Of a DNA stretch of 64,000 nucleotides, positions 17,078 through 27,538 are shown one piece after another. The stretch comes from a virus (Duplodnaviria > Caudoviricetes). The stretch spans positions 28,133-92,132 of the IMG/VR virus record IMGVR_UViG_3300026023_000352; one strand, given 5' to 3'. Position 1 is the first letter of the stretch. Each line of letters begins with the position of its first letter. The notes beneath the pieces were generated by a model. It was not told where the DNA came from, did no database searches, and was given only the letters and a program-made list of their open reading frames with translations. The position numbers and the translations under genes are program-made.

Positions 17078-17449
17078 ATGGCCGTTCGTAAGCATTCCAT
17101 CACCGCGCTCACTAACGGCTCGGGCGATGTCACAGTATACAGCCCGTATATCACCGGGTTTGTCGAGTCCATCCAGTACGTCAAGACTGACTATACCGAT
17201 GGCGTTGATTTCACGATTACCGCCGAAGCGACTACGGAAACGATCTGGACTGAGTCCAATGTCAATGCGGCGAAGGTCTGCCGTCCGCGGGCGGCGACGC
17301 ATTCGACCGCAGGCGTTGCGGCGCTTTATGCGTCCGGTGGCACCGCGGTTAATGACCGGATCGGGTTGGGTCATGATCGCGTCAAGATCGTTGTTGGCTC
17401 CGGTGGCGCAGCGCATACCGGCGTGTTCGTGGTTACGGTGAGCGACTAA
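17078..17449 (+). CDS. putative head accessory protein, paralog B
   Basis: RBS AAGGAG; YVKTDYTDGVDF...HSTAGV shared with the previous gene. Confidence 0.75.
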   Translation: MAVRKHSITALTNGSGDVTVYSPYITGFVESIQYVKTDYTDGVDFTITAEATTETIWTESNVNAAKVCRPRAATHSTAGVAALYASGGTAVNDRIGLGHDRVKIVVGSGGAAHTGVFVVTVSD

Positions 17450-17452
17450 GCC

Positions 17453-17752
17453 ATGACCGAGACGTGGTATCTCATGGAGGACGGCACGGTCGGCGACCCG
17501 CACGAGGTCGCCCCGGATAAAGATGGCGTCCTACGCCACAAGGATGGCCGCGCGGTCGCTATGGCCTCGCACGGTCCACGTTCGCGTGGCGTTGATGCTG
17601 ATGCCGAGCGTGCGAAGGCTCGCGCCAAGGTCGCGCCCAAGCCGGCGGAAGCTGTCGAAAAGCCGGTTGCTCCAGAACCGCCGGAGCCAGCTACTCGACG
17701 CACCCGCGACATGAAGCCTGAAGAACCGGCGACACCTTACAAAACACGCTGA
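17453..17752 (+). CDS. hypothetical protein, paralog of the next gene
   Basis: WYLMEDGT...DKDGVLRH with a Pro/Glu tail. Confidence 0.7.
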   Translation: MTETWYLMEDGTVGDPHEVAPDKDGVLRHKDGRAVAMASHGPRSRGVDADAERAKARAKVAPKPAEAVEKPVAPEPPEPATRRTRDMKPEEPATPYKTR

Positions 17753-17773
17753 TAGCAGAAGGAGGTCGAGACT

Positions 17774-18112
17774 ATGAAATCAAAAAGTGACGATCTGTAC
17801 CTGTTGATGGACGGCACCTACGCGAGCCCAGGCGATTGCTCGGATAAGGATGGTGTCTGGCAGCACAGCAGTGGCGTCAAGGTAGCGCTTACCGATGCAG
17901 GTGAGCCGATGACGCTGGCTCGTGTCACCGAGCACAACGTTGCCGCTAATGAAGCGGCTGCCGCTCCTGTAGAGAGCGAGCCGGTGGCGGAATCCGAGAA
18001 ACCGGCTGTTGCTGAGAAACCGGCTCACGGCAATCTGGAGCAGGCGATGGTGCCGGAGTCTGATAAGCCTGAGAGCAAGCCGGAAGCTAAGGTCAAAGAG
18101 CCGAAGGCTTAA
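17774..18112 (+). CDS. hypothetical protein
   Basis: RBS GGAGG; LYLLMDGT...DKDGVWQH with a Pro/Glu tail. Confidence 0.7.
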   Translation: MKSKSDDLYLLMDGTYASPGDCSDKDGVWQHSSGVKVALTDAGEPMTLARVTEHNVAANEAAAAPVESEPVAESEKPAVAEKPAHGNLEQAMVPESDKPESKPEAKVKEPKA

Positions 18113-18120
18113 TAAAGACC

Positions 18121-18288
18121 ATGCCTCTCGTCGTCGCCATAATCGTGCTTCTATCTGTTGGCGGCGCCGCCTTCGTTATTGCCGGTGTGCATCTGCTCGC
18201 CGGCATGGCGTGGGCATTTATTGTACTCGGCCTCTTGCTGTTCGGTGTTGCCGTCTACCTCCGTTCGGGACTGACGCCGCATGGCTAA
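18121..18288 (+). CDS. 55-aa two-helix membrane protein preceding the portal (absent from the ORF track)
   Basis: MPLVVAIIVLLSVGGAAFVIAGVHLLAGMAWAFIVLGLLLFGVAVYLRSGLTPHG*. Confidence 0.7.
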   Translation: MPLVVAIIVLLSVGGAAFVIAGVHLLAGMAWAFIVLGLLLFGVAVYLRSGLTPHG

Positions 18289-19654
18289 TGCTCTCACGCT
18301 GCTCGCGAATGCGATTGCCCCGTCTCGGGTGAAATCTATCGAAGGCGAGTATCGCCCAGGCCCGTATTATATCGATGGACCTAATGGTGGCTGGTTGTCA
18401 GCACAGGCTGGCCGGTTTCTGAATTGGTGGCAGATGGGCTATTCGCCACAGTCTCGCGGCTGCGGCGGAGCGATGGTTGAGGCATGCGTCTCCGCATACT
18501 CACAAACCGTTGCTATGTGTCCTGGCGACCATTGGCGATTGCTTCCGAATGGCGGTCGCGAGCGCGTCACGACATCGGCGCTTTCACGAATTATACGGCG
18601 GCCGAACGATTACCAATCGATGTCGGATCTGTTGCTGAATTTGACTCGGCGACTCTATGAAAAGGGCGAGTGCTACGCTCTCGCGATTCGCGACGGCAGT
18701 TTCCAGATTAAGGAACTGCACTGGATGCGTGACGGCTGCCCGTATGTTGCCGAGGATGGATCTATATTCTATCAGCTTTGGGGAAATGAGGTCGCCGAGC
18801 GACGTTTCGATCTACATTATCCTATTCCTGCGCGCGACGTGCTTAATGTTAGGCTCCATACTCCGCGTCATCCATTAAAGGGCGCGAGTCCAATTCTGGC
18901 TGTTGCGCTCGAATTGGAGCTGTCTGGCGCGGCTATGTCTCAGCAGATTGCGTTCTACCTCAATCAGGCGAGACCGAGTTTTATCCTCGAAACTGATCAG
19001 GAACTTACGAAGGAACGGGCAAAGGACCTTCGCGACCGCTGGGATGCTCAGACTCAAGGAGACGGTGCTGGTGGCACTCCGATTTTGTCATGGGGTTTGA
19101 AGGCCAGGCCAGTCACGATCGGCGCTGGTGATGCGCGTCTCGCCGATATGTTGAAGCTGGCGAATGAAAGTGTTGCGCTCGCTTTTCGGATGCCATTGCA
19201 AATCCTTGGTATTGGAGGCACACCGTTCGCTTCTACCGAGGCGCTCATGTCCTCATGGCGGGCAATGGGGTTAGGGTTTGCGCTGAACCATATCGAAGAA
19301 GCCTTTGGACGGTTATTCGCTCTGGATGGCTATCCGGATGAATATATTGAGTTCGATACTAATGCTCTTTTGCGGTCTTCGTTTAAAGAGATGATTGATG
19401 CTTTGGTCGCAGGAACCCACCGCGTTTTTGCGCCGAATGAGGCACGTCGATTTGTAAATTTGCCCGATGTCGAGGGCGGCGACGAGGTTCGTGTGCAACA
19501 ACAGGATGTGCCTCTCTCCTGGATTGCGCAGCAGCCGAAAGCCATTGCCCCGCCAACCGATGCCGGGGTCACAAATAATGAGGGGCGCGCTGCTGATGCC
19601 GAGTCTGTCGTTCGCCGCTTCCGATCAGCCCGCGACCGTGCTCACGCCGCTTGA
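18281..19654 (+). CDS. HK97-family portal protein
   Basis: VEACV...RPNDYQS...GASPI...VALAFRMP...PNEARRFVNLPDVEGGD. Confidence 0.95.
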   Translation: MANALTLLANAIAPSRVKSIEGEYRPGPYYIDGPNGGWLSAQAGRFLNWWQMGYSPQSRGCGGAMVEACVSAYSQTVAMCPGDHWRLLPNGGRERVTTSALSRIIRRPNDYQSMSDLLLNLTRRLYEKGECYALAIRDGSFQIKELHWMRDGCPYVAEDGSIFYQLWGNEVAERRFDLHYPIPARDVLNVRLHTPRHPLKGASPILAVALELELSGAAMSQQIAFYLNQARPSFILETDQELTKERAKDLRDRWDAQTQGDGAGGTPILSWGLKARPVTIGAGDARLADMLKLANESVALAFRMPLQILGIGGTPFASTEALMSSWRAMGLGFALNHIEEAFGRLFALDGYPDEYIEFDTNALLRSSFKEMIDALVAGTHRVFAPNEARRFVNLPDVEGGDEVRVQQQDVPLSWIAQQPKAIAPPTDAGVTNNEGRAADAESVVRRFRSARDRAHAA

Positions 19655-21617
19655 CGCGCTTGCCGCCGAGCTTGGCTCCGAAGCGGCGCGCATCGAGCGC
19701 GACTTGCGGCGTGATTTCGCAGTCGGCATGGCTGAAATACGACAGGAATTGGAGGCTGTGCAGCGGCGCGGCGCTGAAATGGAGCTGCGCGCCGCCAATG
19801 CCGAACGGGCACTGGCCGATGCTGTGCGCGAGCGGCTGGCGGCGGTGCGAAACGGCGAGAGCGTTACGATCGAGGATGTGCGGCCGTTGGTCGAGACCGA
19901 GGTCGCCAAGCAAGTTAATGCGATGCCGAAGTCGCCGGATGCGGAAGCGATTTCGACGATAGTCTCGATACAGATCGAGGCCAGTCTATCGGATATAGCC
20001 GAAAGAGCATCAGCGCTGGTCGAGCGCCCTGAGTTGCCGATGTTGCCTGATATTGGGGCAATGGTGAGCGAAGAATCCGATCGCCGCGAAGGTGATCTAG
20101 TGGCGAAAGTCGCGGCGCTCGTCCCCGTTCCGGAAGTGGATAAAGCGATTGCCGCAGAATTTGAACGACAGTTGTCCGATGTCGTGATTCGCGCGGTGAA
20201 ATTGATCCCACCCGTTGAATTGCCTGATGTCGGCGCTGCCGTAGCCGATGAATTTGTCAAGCGTGAGAGCGGTGTTGCCGAACGGGCGGCGGCGCTGGTG
20301 AAGGTTCCTGAACCGCCAGACGTGGGGGAGGCAGTTGCGGCGGAGGTGGAGCGTCGTCTCCTCGATATTGCTACAAGATCGGCCGAACTGATCCCCGATG
20401 TCGTGACTGCTGTGGTCGAGGAATTTACCAAACGCGAAGATGCGCTTGTCGAACGGGCGGCGGCGCTGGTGAAGGTTCCTGAACTTCCAGATGTGAATGC
20501 GGTCGTTGCGGCAGAAATGCAGAATCGATTATTCGATATTGCCGCGAGATCGGTTGAATTGATGCCCGATGTCGGCGCTGCCGTGGTCGAGGAGTTTGCT
20601 AAGCGCGAAGATGCGTTTGTCGAGCGGGCGGCATCGCTAGTGAAGGTTCCGGAAGCCCCGGTACTACCGGATATCGACGCTAAGGTGGACAATGCTGTCG
20701 CGGCAGCATTTCTGACGGTGCGGGTGCCGGAAGATGGTAAGTCCGCTGACCCCGAAGCTACGGCTGATTTAGTTCGTATCAGGGTTGCTGAAGCTCTCGC
20801 GTGCGTCTCTGTGGACATTGTTAGCCCAACTGACGCCGCGGAGATTGCACAGGCCGCGATCGATCGTGCATTGGCAGTTCTTCCTGCGGGCGTCACAATT
20901 GACGAGATGCGTGCTGTCGCCGCGGCCGAGCTTAAACAGCAGTTAGAGGCCATTCCGAAGGCTCTGGACGCCAATGAGATTGGCGACCTGGCGGGCGCAG
21001 CGGCCGAGGCTGCGGTCGGTCGGTATATGCCGGACATTGCTCAGCGAGCGGCCACTTTAATCCCGCCAGCCGAGCCGCTTCCTCTCCCGGATATCGGCGG
21101 CTTACTAGAAGAGAAATTCGCCAGTCACGCTGATGAGATCGCCGCGCGTGCTTCGATGGCGGCAACAGACTCTCTCACTGCCGAGATTGATCGTCTGCTT
21201 CCTGAGATAGCTGCTCGCACGGCGGTCTTAATGCCGCCGGCCGAAATACCGGAGATACCTGATTACAGTCCGATTATCGAGGCGGAAACGGAACGATTGG
21301 TGGCTATCAAGATCGCGGAAATACCGAAACCGCGAGATGGTGCCGATGGTCTTCAAGGGCCAGAAGGTCCGCAGGGAACCGTTGACAAAGTTGAGCTTCG
21401 CCAAGCCGCCGCGGCAGCAACAGAAGATCACCTTATAGTGCCGGAGCATATGCTTGGACTTATCGGTCGGGTAGGAGAGTTGTTATCGCAACCATTTGCA
21501 GTGGCACTAGACACGCATTCCGCCCCTGCCGTTTTACCGCGCCGTAAGATCATTAAAACAAAACGCGACCCCGATGGGAACTTGACTTACGACGTGACAG
21601 AAGTTTCCGAGAGTTGA
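19596..21617 (+). CDS. portal-adjacent alpha-helical repeat protein with a short collagen stretch
   Basis: Repeats of RAAALVKVPELPDVGAAVxEEF; GADGLQGPEGPQG. Start uncertain. Confidence 0.7.
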   Translation: MPSLSFAASDQPATVLTPLDALAAELGSEAARIERDLRRDFAVGMAEIRQELEAVQRRGAEMELRAANAERALADAVRERLAAVRNGESVTIEDVRPLVETEVAKQVNAMPKSPDAEAISTIVSIQIEASLSDIAERASALVERPELPMLPDIGAMVSEESDRREGDLVAKVAALVPVPEVDKAIAAEFERQLSDVVIRAVKLIPPVELPDVGAAVADEFVKRESGVAERAAALVKVPEPPDVGEAVAAEVERRLLDIATRSAELIPDVVTAVVEEFTKREDALVERAAALVKVPELPDVNAVVAAEMQNRLFDIAARSVELMPDVGAAVVEEFAKREDAFVERAASLVKVPEAPVLPDIDAKVDNAVAAAFLTVRVPEDGKSADPEATADLVRIRVAEALACVSVDIVSPTDAAEIAQAAIDRALAVLPAGVTIDEMRAVAAAELKQQLEAIPKALDANEIGDLAGAAAEAAVGRYMPDIAQRAATLIPPAEPLPLPDIGGLLEEKFASHADEIAARASMAATDSLTAEIDRLLPEIAARTAVLMPPAEIPEIPDYSPIIEAETERLVAIKIAEIPKPRDGADGLQGPEGPQGTVDKVELRQAAAAATEDHLIVPEHMLGLIGRVGELLSQPFAVALDTHSAPAVLPRRKIIKTKRDPDGNLTYDVTEVSES

Positions 21618-21618
21618 G

Positions 21619-22035
21619 ATGGCGAGCATTATATTTAATTCTGCCATCGATGATGAAGCTAGAGGAAATATAGATTTCGAATCCGATACATTTAAGTGTG
21701 TTCTCGTAACTTCTTCTTATATTCCGAATAAAAAAACGCATACGAAACGTAGCGACGTGACAAATGAAGTCACGGGCACGGGTTATACCTCTGGCGGAGT
21801 TGCGGTGACTGTCACAGTTACCAAAGATACCGCAAACGATCGTGTCGATATATCGCTCGGGGAAATCAGTTTGCCATCTTCTACGATCACCGCAGCGGCG
21901 GCGGTATATTGTAAGAGTAGGGGTGGGATTAGCTCTGCGGACGAGCTTGTTGCCTACATTGATTTCGGCCGTAACTACACTTCTGTAAACGGAACTTTTT
22001 CGCTTTCTGCCTCTACGCTGCGGATATCGAATTGA
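21619..22035 (+). CDS. putative virion structural protein
   Basis: IDFESDTFKCVLV...NEVTGTGYTSGG...LVAYIDFG. Confidence 0.75.
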   Translation: MASIIFNSAIDDEARGNIDFESDTFKCVLVTSSYIPNKKTHTKRSDVTNEVTGTGYTSGGVAVTVTVTKDTANDRVDISLGEISLPSSTITAAAAVYCKSRGGISSADELVAYIDFGRNYTSVNGTFSLSASTLRISN

Positions 22036-22074
22036 CAATAACACTTATTGAGCAGTCATAGGGGAATTGGTTAA

Positions 22075-22503
22075 ATGGCAACTTTTACGAAATATAATAC
22101 TTTTGTTGAAAACCTTTGCAACAAGCTGATCGACGCGTTCGGCACGACGGATACCTGGAAAGCGGTCATACACACCGATGCGCCAGCTCCGACGACCGAT
22201 AACAGCGTCTCTGATTTGACACAGATTGCCGGTAGCAATGGGTACACGACCGGCGGGACGGATATTACGTTTAATTCTACGCGCACGACGGATACGGTAA
22301 CGGCTACGGCTACTGATGTGGTCTGGACGGCATCGGGCGGCAACCTCGGCGCATCGACGACTGGTCGGTACATATCGATTTATGATGACACGTCGGCAGC
22401 AGACAATCTGCTGTGCAGCTACGATTACGGTTCGACTTTCACGGTCGCGACGGGGGAGACTCTTACATTGGACTTCGGGGCCTCATTGTTCACTTTATCG
22501 TAG
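22075..22503 (+). CDS. putative virion structural protein, related to the previous gene
   Basis: DTWKAVI...NGYTTGG...LLCSYDYG. Confidence 0.75.
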   Translation: MATFTKYNTFVENLCNKLIDAFGTTDTWKAVIHTDAPAPTTDNSVSDLTQIAGSNGYTTGGTDITFNSTRTTDTVTATATDVVWTASGGNLGASTTGRYISIYDDTSAADNLLCSYDYGSTFTVATGETLTLDFGASLFTLS

Positions 22504-22544
22504 AACTGTTTGCACTGTATGCAACTGTTGATTATACTATTACG

Positions 22545-23033
22545 ATGATAACAGTCAAAGAACTCGCTTGGCTTGGTGGTCTTCTCGAAGGAGAGGCTTC
22601 CTTTATGCTGCGAAACGGGTGCCATAAAATCGCATTACAAATGACGGATCTCGATGTTGTGCAGCGTGCTGCTGCGATTTTAGGTGTTCCTGTAGGGGCT
22701 TATTCACGACAGCCAAAAGGTAAAGCTACTTATCTTCCTGTGTGGCATTTAGCGGTCCATGGGATTAAAGCCATTGCATGGATGATGACACTTTACACGC
22801 TCATGGGAGAGCGTCGAAAAGCAAAGATTCTGGAAGTTTTGGATCACTGGAAGGCTTCTAAGTCAGCTCCGCGCGCTTCTCGGGGGACGCGTCTTATGGC
22901 GGTGTGTCATCCGGATCGGCCCCGTGCTGCGCACATGCTCTGCAATACGTGTTGGATGCGCGAGTACCGTAAACGCACCGGCAAGAATGGTAATTATTAC
23001 CGCAAGCAAAAACTTATCCCGGAGCCTGTTTGA
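22545..23033 (+). CDS. free-standing LAGLIDADG homing endonuclease
   Basis: ELAWLGGLLEGEASF...LQMTDLDVV, plus a C-terminal Cys/His cluster. Confidence 0.85.
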   Translation: MITVKELAWLGGLLEGEASFMLRNGCHKIALQMTDLDVVQRAAAILGVPVGAYSRQPKGKATYLPVWHLAVHGIKAIAWMMTLYTLMGERRKAKILEVLDHWKASKSAPRASRGTRLMAVCHPDRPRAAHMLCNTCWMREYRKRTGKNGNYYRKQKLIPEPV

Positions 23034-23419
23034 TGCAGCCGCATTCTCTTGGTAAGATTACCATAAACACCGCGAAGACTCCCGAACAGCGTAAGGTCGA
23101 GGCTGGTTGGGCAGGACGACATGAAAAGTTTTCGAAAGGTGCGAAGCTACCAAATACGCGGGTTCAAGTGTGTCCGCGCGTTAAGGTTGCCGACCTCCCA
23201 GAAGGCTTTCTAACACAGACTCACATCGAACATCTGGAACACAACCAGCAGATTGCCTCGTGTTGCCGACATCCGGAGAACCACGAAGTCGAAGCCCATA
23301 AAAGCCACCCCGATGAATCGGCGCCGGACATATACGTGTTTCATTGTACCTGTGGCCGAAAGCATCGATTTTTCTGTCTTGGCGTGACCGATGAGCGCCC
23401 GTATTGGAGTGCCGGCTAA
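23030..23419 (+). CDS. Cys/His-containing hypothetical protein
   Basis: CCRHP...HCTCGRKH. Confidence 0.7.
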   Translation: MMQPHSLGKITINTAKTPEQRKVEAGWAGRHEKFSKGAKLPNTRVQVCPRVKVADLPEGFLTQTHIEHLEHNQQIASCCRHPENHEVEAHKSHPDESAPDIYVFHCTCGRKHRFFCLGVTDERPYWSAG

Positions 23420-23736
23420 TGGCGACGGCAACTGAGGTGCTGGCGCAGAGCCAGATAGAGGGCGCGAGCCTGGTGCTGATCTACGATGATGTTACCTTGA
23501 TCGGAAATCGGTTCGAAGCAAACGTCGGCAACACCGCCGTTGGTCCGATGACAGTGAGCATAGCACTCAATAATGGGTTCGCTGGAACCACGGTGATTCA
23601 GCCAAATCGCTTTAACCAAGCGATTAACATCCCGGCTAACCGCCGCCCTCAAGGTGTATTGGTGACAACGAGGTTTGGAACCCAGACGATCGATTGGGGC
23701 ATTCAGTCTATTAGCATAAGTTTCTCTTCTAGTTAA
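23419..23736 (+). CDS. hypothetical protein
   Basis: TAATG coupling to the previous gene. Confidence 0.65.
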   Translation: MATATEVLAQSQIEGASLVLIYDDVTLIGNRFEANVGNTAVGPMTVSIALNNGFAGTTVIQPNRFNQAINIPANRRPQGVLVTTRFGTQTIDWGIQSISISFSSS

Positions 23737-23744
23737 TAAGTATT

Positions 23745-24461
23745 ATGGCGTTTTCTCATAGCCGACATTCCACTCATGAGAATGGCGCCGGCTTCACTCT
23801 AACATGCGCCGTGACGCTCGCCTCTACAGTCAAGGCCAGCAGTCTTGTTTTGGTGTCAGTCGGATGGGCAAGTAATCCTGGAGATACTTGCTCTATAGCT
23901 GACGATAAAGGAAATAATTACACTCTTGTTGATCTGCTGAGATCCACGGCTTCAGGTTATACTTGGCAGACCGCGTATCTTGATGGCGTTACAAACGCCC
24001 CAATAACGATTACAGCAACGATGATATCCGCCACCCGGCAGTTTATTTCTATTATCGTTGGCGAATATACCGGAGGGCTGGGCGGATCTTCCCTTAATGG
24101 TCACGCTATAAACGCGCAAACTAATCCCGCGACAACAGCTAATGCGCTCACCTCGACAAACTTCACGCCGACCGCAAATAATTCATTGATATATGGTTCG
24201 CTAGTTGACGCTAGTAGTATTGGTGCCATTTCAGCAGGGACGAATTACACTCTTCGTTTGAATAACAGCAGCAGCAGTTTTGATATGGAAGACAAAACAT
24301 TAGCGGTTGCCGCTGCTGGTGCCGCTACGTTCACAACTGCAACAAGCGGCGCGAGCGCTTTTTTTGTGACCGGAGGCTTGGCTATAAAGCCGTGGATTTC
24401 TATGGTCAACAGGGCAGTGAATATACAAACTCAATCTAATAGTCGCGCGTCTTTTTGGTAG
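23745..24461 (+). CDS. Ser/Thr-rich beta-sandwich putative virion protein
   Basis: Composition; IADDKGNNYT motif. Confidence 0.65.
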   Translation: MAFSHSRHSTHENGAGFTLTCAVTLASTVKASSLVLVSVGWASNPGDTCSIADDKGNNYTLVDLLRSTASGYTWQTAYLDGVTNAPITITATMISATRQFISIIVGEYTGGLGGSSLNGHAINAQTNPATTANALTSTNFTPTANNSLIYGSLVDASSIGAISAGTNYTLRLNNSSSSFDMEDKTLAVAAAGAATFTTATSGASAFFVTGGLAIKPWISMVNRAVNIQTQSNSRASFW

Positions 24462-24470
24462 GTAATTTGT

Positions 24471-24983
24471 ATGGCGCTTTACCTTATTGGAAACGGTCCC
24501 ATGCAAACTACAGCCGCATTCGCGGTTGTGGCGACGGGAACCTCTATCAAGACTCTTTTACAAGTTAAGCCCGGAGCGACAACCTCTTTGCGCATTATCG
24601 AGTGGGGAATCTCGTTCGATGGCTCCGCGGCGGCGACGCCCGGCAAGGTTGAGTTAATAGAGACTGACGTTGCCGCGACTGTCACAGCGTCCGTCGCGGC
24701 TGATATTACTAAATATGACGCGGACGCTATAGCAAATGGCGATCCGACGACAGCGCTCATTGCTGTTGGAACTACATCAACGGGATATACATCCTCCGGC
24801 GAAGGCTCGATCACCGCCGTTCGAAGTCTCGCCGGGCCTCAGCTTATTTCTCCGACAACTCAATTTATTCAGCAATTCCCATTGGGCCGCGAACCGATAA
24901 TCCAGAACGCGAAGTTTGGTCGTATTCGCGTTACCTTTGGGACTACAGTAAACGCGTATTGTTATATGATCGTATCAGTCTAA
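24471..24983 (+). CDS. putative virion protein
   Basis: KTLLQV...IIEWGISFDG...VELIETD. Confidence 0.65.
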   Translation: MALYLIGNGPMQTTAAFAVVATGTSIKTLLQVKPGATTSLRIIEWGISFDGSAAATPGKVELIETDVAATVTASVAADITKYDADAIANGDPTTALIAVGTTSTGYTSSGEGSITAVRSLAGPQLISPTTQFIQQFPLGREPIIQNAKFGRIRVTFGTTVNAYCYMIVSV

Positions 24984-25007
24984 AGATTACTACGGGAGTA
25001 GTGCGGC

Positions 25008-26195
25008 ATGGCTCGGTTTGGCCGCTCATTCCCGATCTCTGGCATCTCGATTAAGCATGGTCTTAGTCAAGCAGTCGCTAAGTCCGTCGTTGCTGATGCC
25101 GGTTCCTATAGTCTAACCGGCACGGCCGCAACGCCGAAATGGGACCGGAAAGTTGTCGCGGCCTCGGGCGCTTACGCCTTTACCGGCGCTACCGTTGCAA
25201 TTCGCCGAGATTTCCGTCCGTCAGCCGGCGCCGGTTCCTATGCCGTCACCGGCACGGCGACATCGGTATTACGTGGCCGGAATTTGTCGGCCACCTCGGG
25301 GTCTTACGCGCTTACTGGCTTCGCGGCCTCACTGTTTCATGGATGGCGGGTCGCGGCAGCCGCAGGTTCCTACGCTGTTACTGGAACCACAGCGACGCTG
25401 ACGCGTCGTTTGCCGATGACTGCCGATGTCGGGGCTTACGTCCTGACTGGATCGGCAGCATCGCTCGCACGCAATCTGCCGCTTACGGCGGGTGCCGGCT
25501 CATACGCTCTGACCGGCTCCGCCGCCTCGCTATTGCACGCGTGGAAGGTATCCGCCGAGAGCGGCGCCTATACTCTAACCGGCTCCGCCGCCTCGCTCCT
25601 CGAAATTTCACAAAAAGCTGTTATAGCCGAGGCGGGCTCTTATTCCCTAACGGGCACGGCGGCATCTCTTGTACATAAGAAAATAGCGTCAGCCGGCGCT
25701 GGTGTTTACGATTTCCTCGGGTCAACGGCAACCCTGACACGGCGACTACCGATTACCGCGGGAATCGGAAGTTACTCTCTTAGCGGCAGCGGAGTTTCTC
25801 TTCTCAAGACCGTCCGTTTAGGGGCGGTTGCTGGCGCTTACAATCTCACTGGAACCAGTGCTTCCCTGCTTCGGGGCGCTCGTTTAGTGACCACAGCGGG
25901 ATCTTACGTCCTAACCGGAAGTCCCGCATTACTCATCGCCAGCGGGGCGGCCCAAGACGCAGCGGCCGACGGCGCAATTTGCACTGTCACGGCAACGCTG
26001 CTACCGGGCACTGTCACCGTCAGTTCTATTATCGGCGCTCTGGAGCAGGATGGGATCAGGTCAAGACGGCAGCGCCATGATGCACATGTACTTGGTTCAA
26101 TACTCTATCTTCGTACATCATTACATCCCGGCGCGGCTAATGGCGAAGATAATTTAACGGATGAAGAGTTAATTCTTATGCTTGAGGCTGCTTAA
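25008..26195 (+). CDS. repeat protein (about 13 AGSYALTGxxA repeats), putative fibre
   Basis: Tandem repeats of about 22 aa. Confidence 0.75.
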   Translation: MARFGRSFPISGISIKHGLSQAVAKSVVADAGSYSLTGTAATPKWDRKVVAASGAYAFTGATVAIRRDFRPSAGAGSYAVTGTATSVLRGRNLSATSGSYALTGFAASLFHGWRVAAAAGSYAVTGTTATLTRRLPMTADVGAYVLTGSAASLARNLPLTAGAGSYALTGSAASLLHAWKVSAESGAYTLTGSAASLLEISQKAVIAEAGSYSLTGTAASLVHKKIASAGAGVYDFLGSTATLTRRLPITAGIGSYSLSGSGVSLLKTVRLGAVAGAYNLTGTSASLLRGARLVTTAGSYVLTGSPALLIASGAAQDAAADGAICTVTATLLPGTVTVSSIIGALEQDGIRSRRQRHDAHVLGSILYLRTSLHPGAANGEDNLTDEELILMLEAA

Positions 26196-26842
26196 TGTCG
26201 GCGAACAAGTATAGCATTTGGCACGCACTTGAGTTGGCGATCCGGCTTGCCGTGCGAGCCAATGAAGAGGTTCGTATCCTTGCGTCTCGCTCGATCGCTG
26301 GGCCGAAAGGTGATCCGGGCGAGCGTGGGCCTGATGGTCAGCCTGGTACGCCGGGCAAGCTGCCCATCGCCCGCGCATGGGCAGAGGGCGTTCATTATGA
26401 GGGTAGCGCAGTTACGCATGTGGGGGCGACGTGGCAGGCGTTACGAGATACTGGTCACGAGCCTCCGCATGATGATTGGATTTGTCTAGCGTTGCCGGGC
26501 GTGCCTGGAGAATCCGGGAAATCGTCAAAAGTATGCGGCACATACGATTCATCCCGTCAGTATTCTGAGCTTAATATCGTGGCTGTTAATGGGGCGACAT
26601 TTATTGCGAAAGTGAATAATCCCGGCCCATGTCCAGGTAATGACTGGCAACTGATGTCGGCGGTTGGTAAGCGAGGCGAAAAAGGTGATCGTGGCGAGCA
26701 AGGGATGAGAGGAAATCCTGGTTTGCCGGGGCCTGGAGTGAAATCGCTCGTTGTAGATGGGGATGGCCTTTTAACTGTGATTAACGGCGACGGGTCTATA
26801 GTTACTTGTGATCTCTATCCTGTGTTGGCGAAGATCCGATGA
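26195..26842 (+). CDS. collagen-repeat protein with carbohydrate-binding-like modules
   Basis: GPKGDPGERG; WAEGVHY...VTHVGATWQA...DW. Confidence 0.8.
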   Translation: MSANKYSIWHALELAIRLAVRANEEVRILASRSIAGPKGDPGERGPDGQPGTPGKLPIARAWAEGVHYEGSAVTHVGATWQALRDTGHEPPHDDWICLALPGVPGESGKSSKVCGTYDSSRQYSELNIVAVNGATFIAKVNNPGPCPGNDWQLMSAVGKRGEKGDRGEQGMRGNPGLPGPGVKSLVVDGDGLLTVINGDGSIVTCDLYPVLAKIR

Positions 26843-27516
26843 ACAATGATGTCGTCATCGTCACGGCTTCCGAGTTTACAATGCTAACAACGCTTGAGCG
26901 GGTCAAGCTGGAGCTGGATATTAAGAACGATACCAATAATGATCTCTTGAGCGCTCGTATTGCTTCAGCGTCTTCTGTGATCGACGGGCTATGTTTTCCG
27001 TCGCTGAAGCGCGAGACTGTCATCGAGACGTTTTACCCGGATCATTATGGCGAGTGCGCGGACAGGTTGACGCTGAACCATAGCCCGGTGGTGTCGATTA
27101 GCAGCGTCACCGTAGATGGCACCGCACTGACTGATGCTGTGATTGTTGATGATGTCGTGACCGAACTTGCCGAGTGGCGTCTTGACGGCGAGAAGCTGCG
27201 GCTCCGTAGGCAAACGACCGCGGGTCGTCATTCCCATTGGTCGTTTTGTACAAGCATCGTTGTCTCTTATGTGGGCGGCTACCTACTTCCTGGACAGGCG
27301 GGCAGAGACCTTCCATACGAGATCGAGGACGCCTGCGTTGAGCTTGTTGCAGCTTATTGGGCTGCCCGCGGGCGAGACCCTGGGTTGCGGGCAGAGGAAA
27401 ATGTTGGAGTTTATAGGTTTGAGTATCAGACTACTGTAAATGGATATGATTACCCTGTACCGAAAGGGGTAATGGACAAGCTCGATCGGTATTTACGAAA
27501 AGAGATGGTGCTGTAA
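26839..27516 (+). CDS. head-tail connector (gp6-like)
   Basis: LTTLERVKLEL...IASAS...PVVSISSV...YVGGY...LPYEIEDAC. Confidence 0.85.
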   Translation: MNNDVVIVTASEFTMLTTLERVKLELDIKNDTNNDLLSARIASASSVIDGLCFPSLKRETVIETFYPDHYGECADRLTLNHSPVVSISSVTVDGTALTDAVIVDDVVTELAEWRLDGEKLRLRRQTTAGRHSHWSFCTSIVVSYVGGYLLPGQAGRDLPYEIEDACVELVAAYWAARGRDPGLRAEENVGVYRFEYQTTVNGYDYPVPKGVMDKLDRYLRKEMVL

Positions 27517-27538
27517 AACGAATGGTTGCAAAAATATA

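Noticed and set aside
19625-21037. 470-aa minus-strand ORF
   Set aside because: Antisense shadow of the Ala/Val/Glu-rich plus-strand gene.
22504-23033. Group I intron or intein around the LAGLIDADG gene
   Set aside because: Flanking genes are intact and no intron core or splice motifs were seen, so it is treated as free-standing.
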